Assembly (NCBI GenBank): GCA_024137785.1
Contig: JAHRHZ010000116.1
Span: 62,001-126,000, forward strand
DNA from: Ginglymostoma cirratum
Lineage: Eukaryota
Direction of reading: 5' to 3'
DNA length: 64,000 bases
Shown here: positions 63,318 through 64,000 of the stretch, in pieces
How the letters are laid out: each line of letters starts with the position of its first letter
Numbering within the stretch: the stretch's first letter is position 1
Notes under the pieces: generated by a model
What the model was told of the DNA's origin: nothing
Seen by the model: the letters and a program-made list of their open reading frames with translations, nothing else
Database searches by the model: none
Translations under genes and position numbers: made by a program

Positions 63318-64000
63318 ACTCTGAAACTTGCAGGTAGAGTGCTCCAGGTGGAGCTCTCACACGAAGCAGAGGAGACAATACAGCTCCAGAGACGATCATT
63401 TCTGATTTTCTTAAAGAGACAAGAATAAATCTCAAGAAGAAATGTTGAACTTTACTTGGTGAATTATATCTGTCTATGAGTTCAGGATGCAAATGTAATA
63501 GGAAAGAACATCAGAAACCTATCTGTGCAGTTCTGCTTCTCCAATTCCTGCACTGGGAGGGGCCAGATTAATAATGTAAATCTTTGTTGCCGTCCAGCAT
63601 ACGACTTCAAACATATCACAACACCCGGCTTCCCATAAGGTAGATCTGAAGACCGAGTACCGAATACAACTAGAATGTCTCACTCTCTCGTCCACAAACA
63701 CATGAACAGTTCTCAGTGCACACAGAAGAGGGAGCCAGCTCAACATTTTCTCTCATGATCCCAGGCGGTCAGTTAAATGCTGTTTATCTGTTGCCTCAGA
63801 CATGGATTGAATAGAAGATTCATATTAGAAATCCACATTAGGTTGGATCGGTCATTGAGCAATAATCATCAAACAGAAACAAATATATGAAGAGGACTGT
63901 AATTGTAATAAGTGGAATTTGTGCTGCAGAGACAATTGTATTGCACTTTCTTTACCTTTCCAAACGAAATAGTTTGTCATATGAATGTTGCAAATATAAT

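Noticed and set aside
63519-63746. ORF starting with signal-peptide-like MLSWLPLLCAL
   Set aside because: No Ig motifs, clear splice donor or RSS
1-64000. CRISPR arrays, prokaryotic systems, tRNA/rRNA genes, TCR C exons or conventional FGxG J segments
   Set aside because: None seen; tRNA-like boxes belong to SINE heads, and most short ORFs in the track are repeat-derived or random

Overview
Genomic DNA from a cartilaginous fish (shark-type HE1 SINEs, CR1 LINEs and Penelope-derived repeats) covering part of the V-segment array of the T-cell receptor alpha/delta locus. There are four apparently intact conventional TCR V segments, all on the minus strand with 23-bp-spacer RSSs (about 3.8, 40.7, 58.0 and 60.3 kb), plus at least five conventional V pseudogenes or relics. 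Two plus-strand NAR-TCR-type cassettes are missed or only fragmentarily captured by the ORF track. Each runs leader, IgNAR-like V lacking CDR2, (12/12 D), 23-RSS J, then a leaderless 'supporting' TCR-delta-type V. They lie at 8.0-11.2 kb and 31.0-34.8 kb and both are pseudogenised. This is the architecture of the doubly rearranging two-V-domain NAR-TCR known from nurse shark, so the system class is described; these copies, their dispersal among ordinary V genes and their inverted orientation are what the window adds. Also present: a GPR139/142-like GPCR pseudogene, a 183-bp inverted repeat carrying 12-RSS-like signals, a RUNX/MYB/RBPJ motif block shared by both cassettes, a minimal hammerhead-ribozyme motif, a decayed CR1 retaining ORF2, decayed Gypsy elements and one assembly gap. 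All calls come from manual reading; repeat boundaries are approximate.
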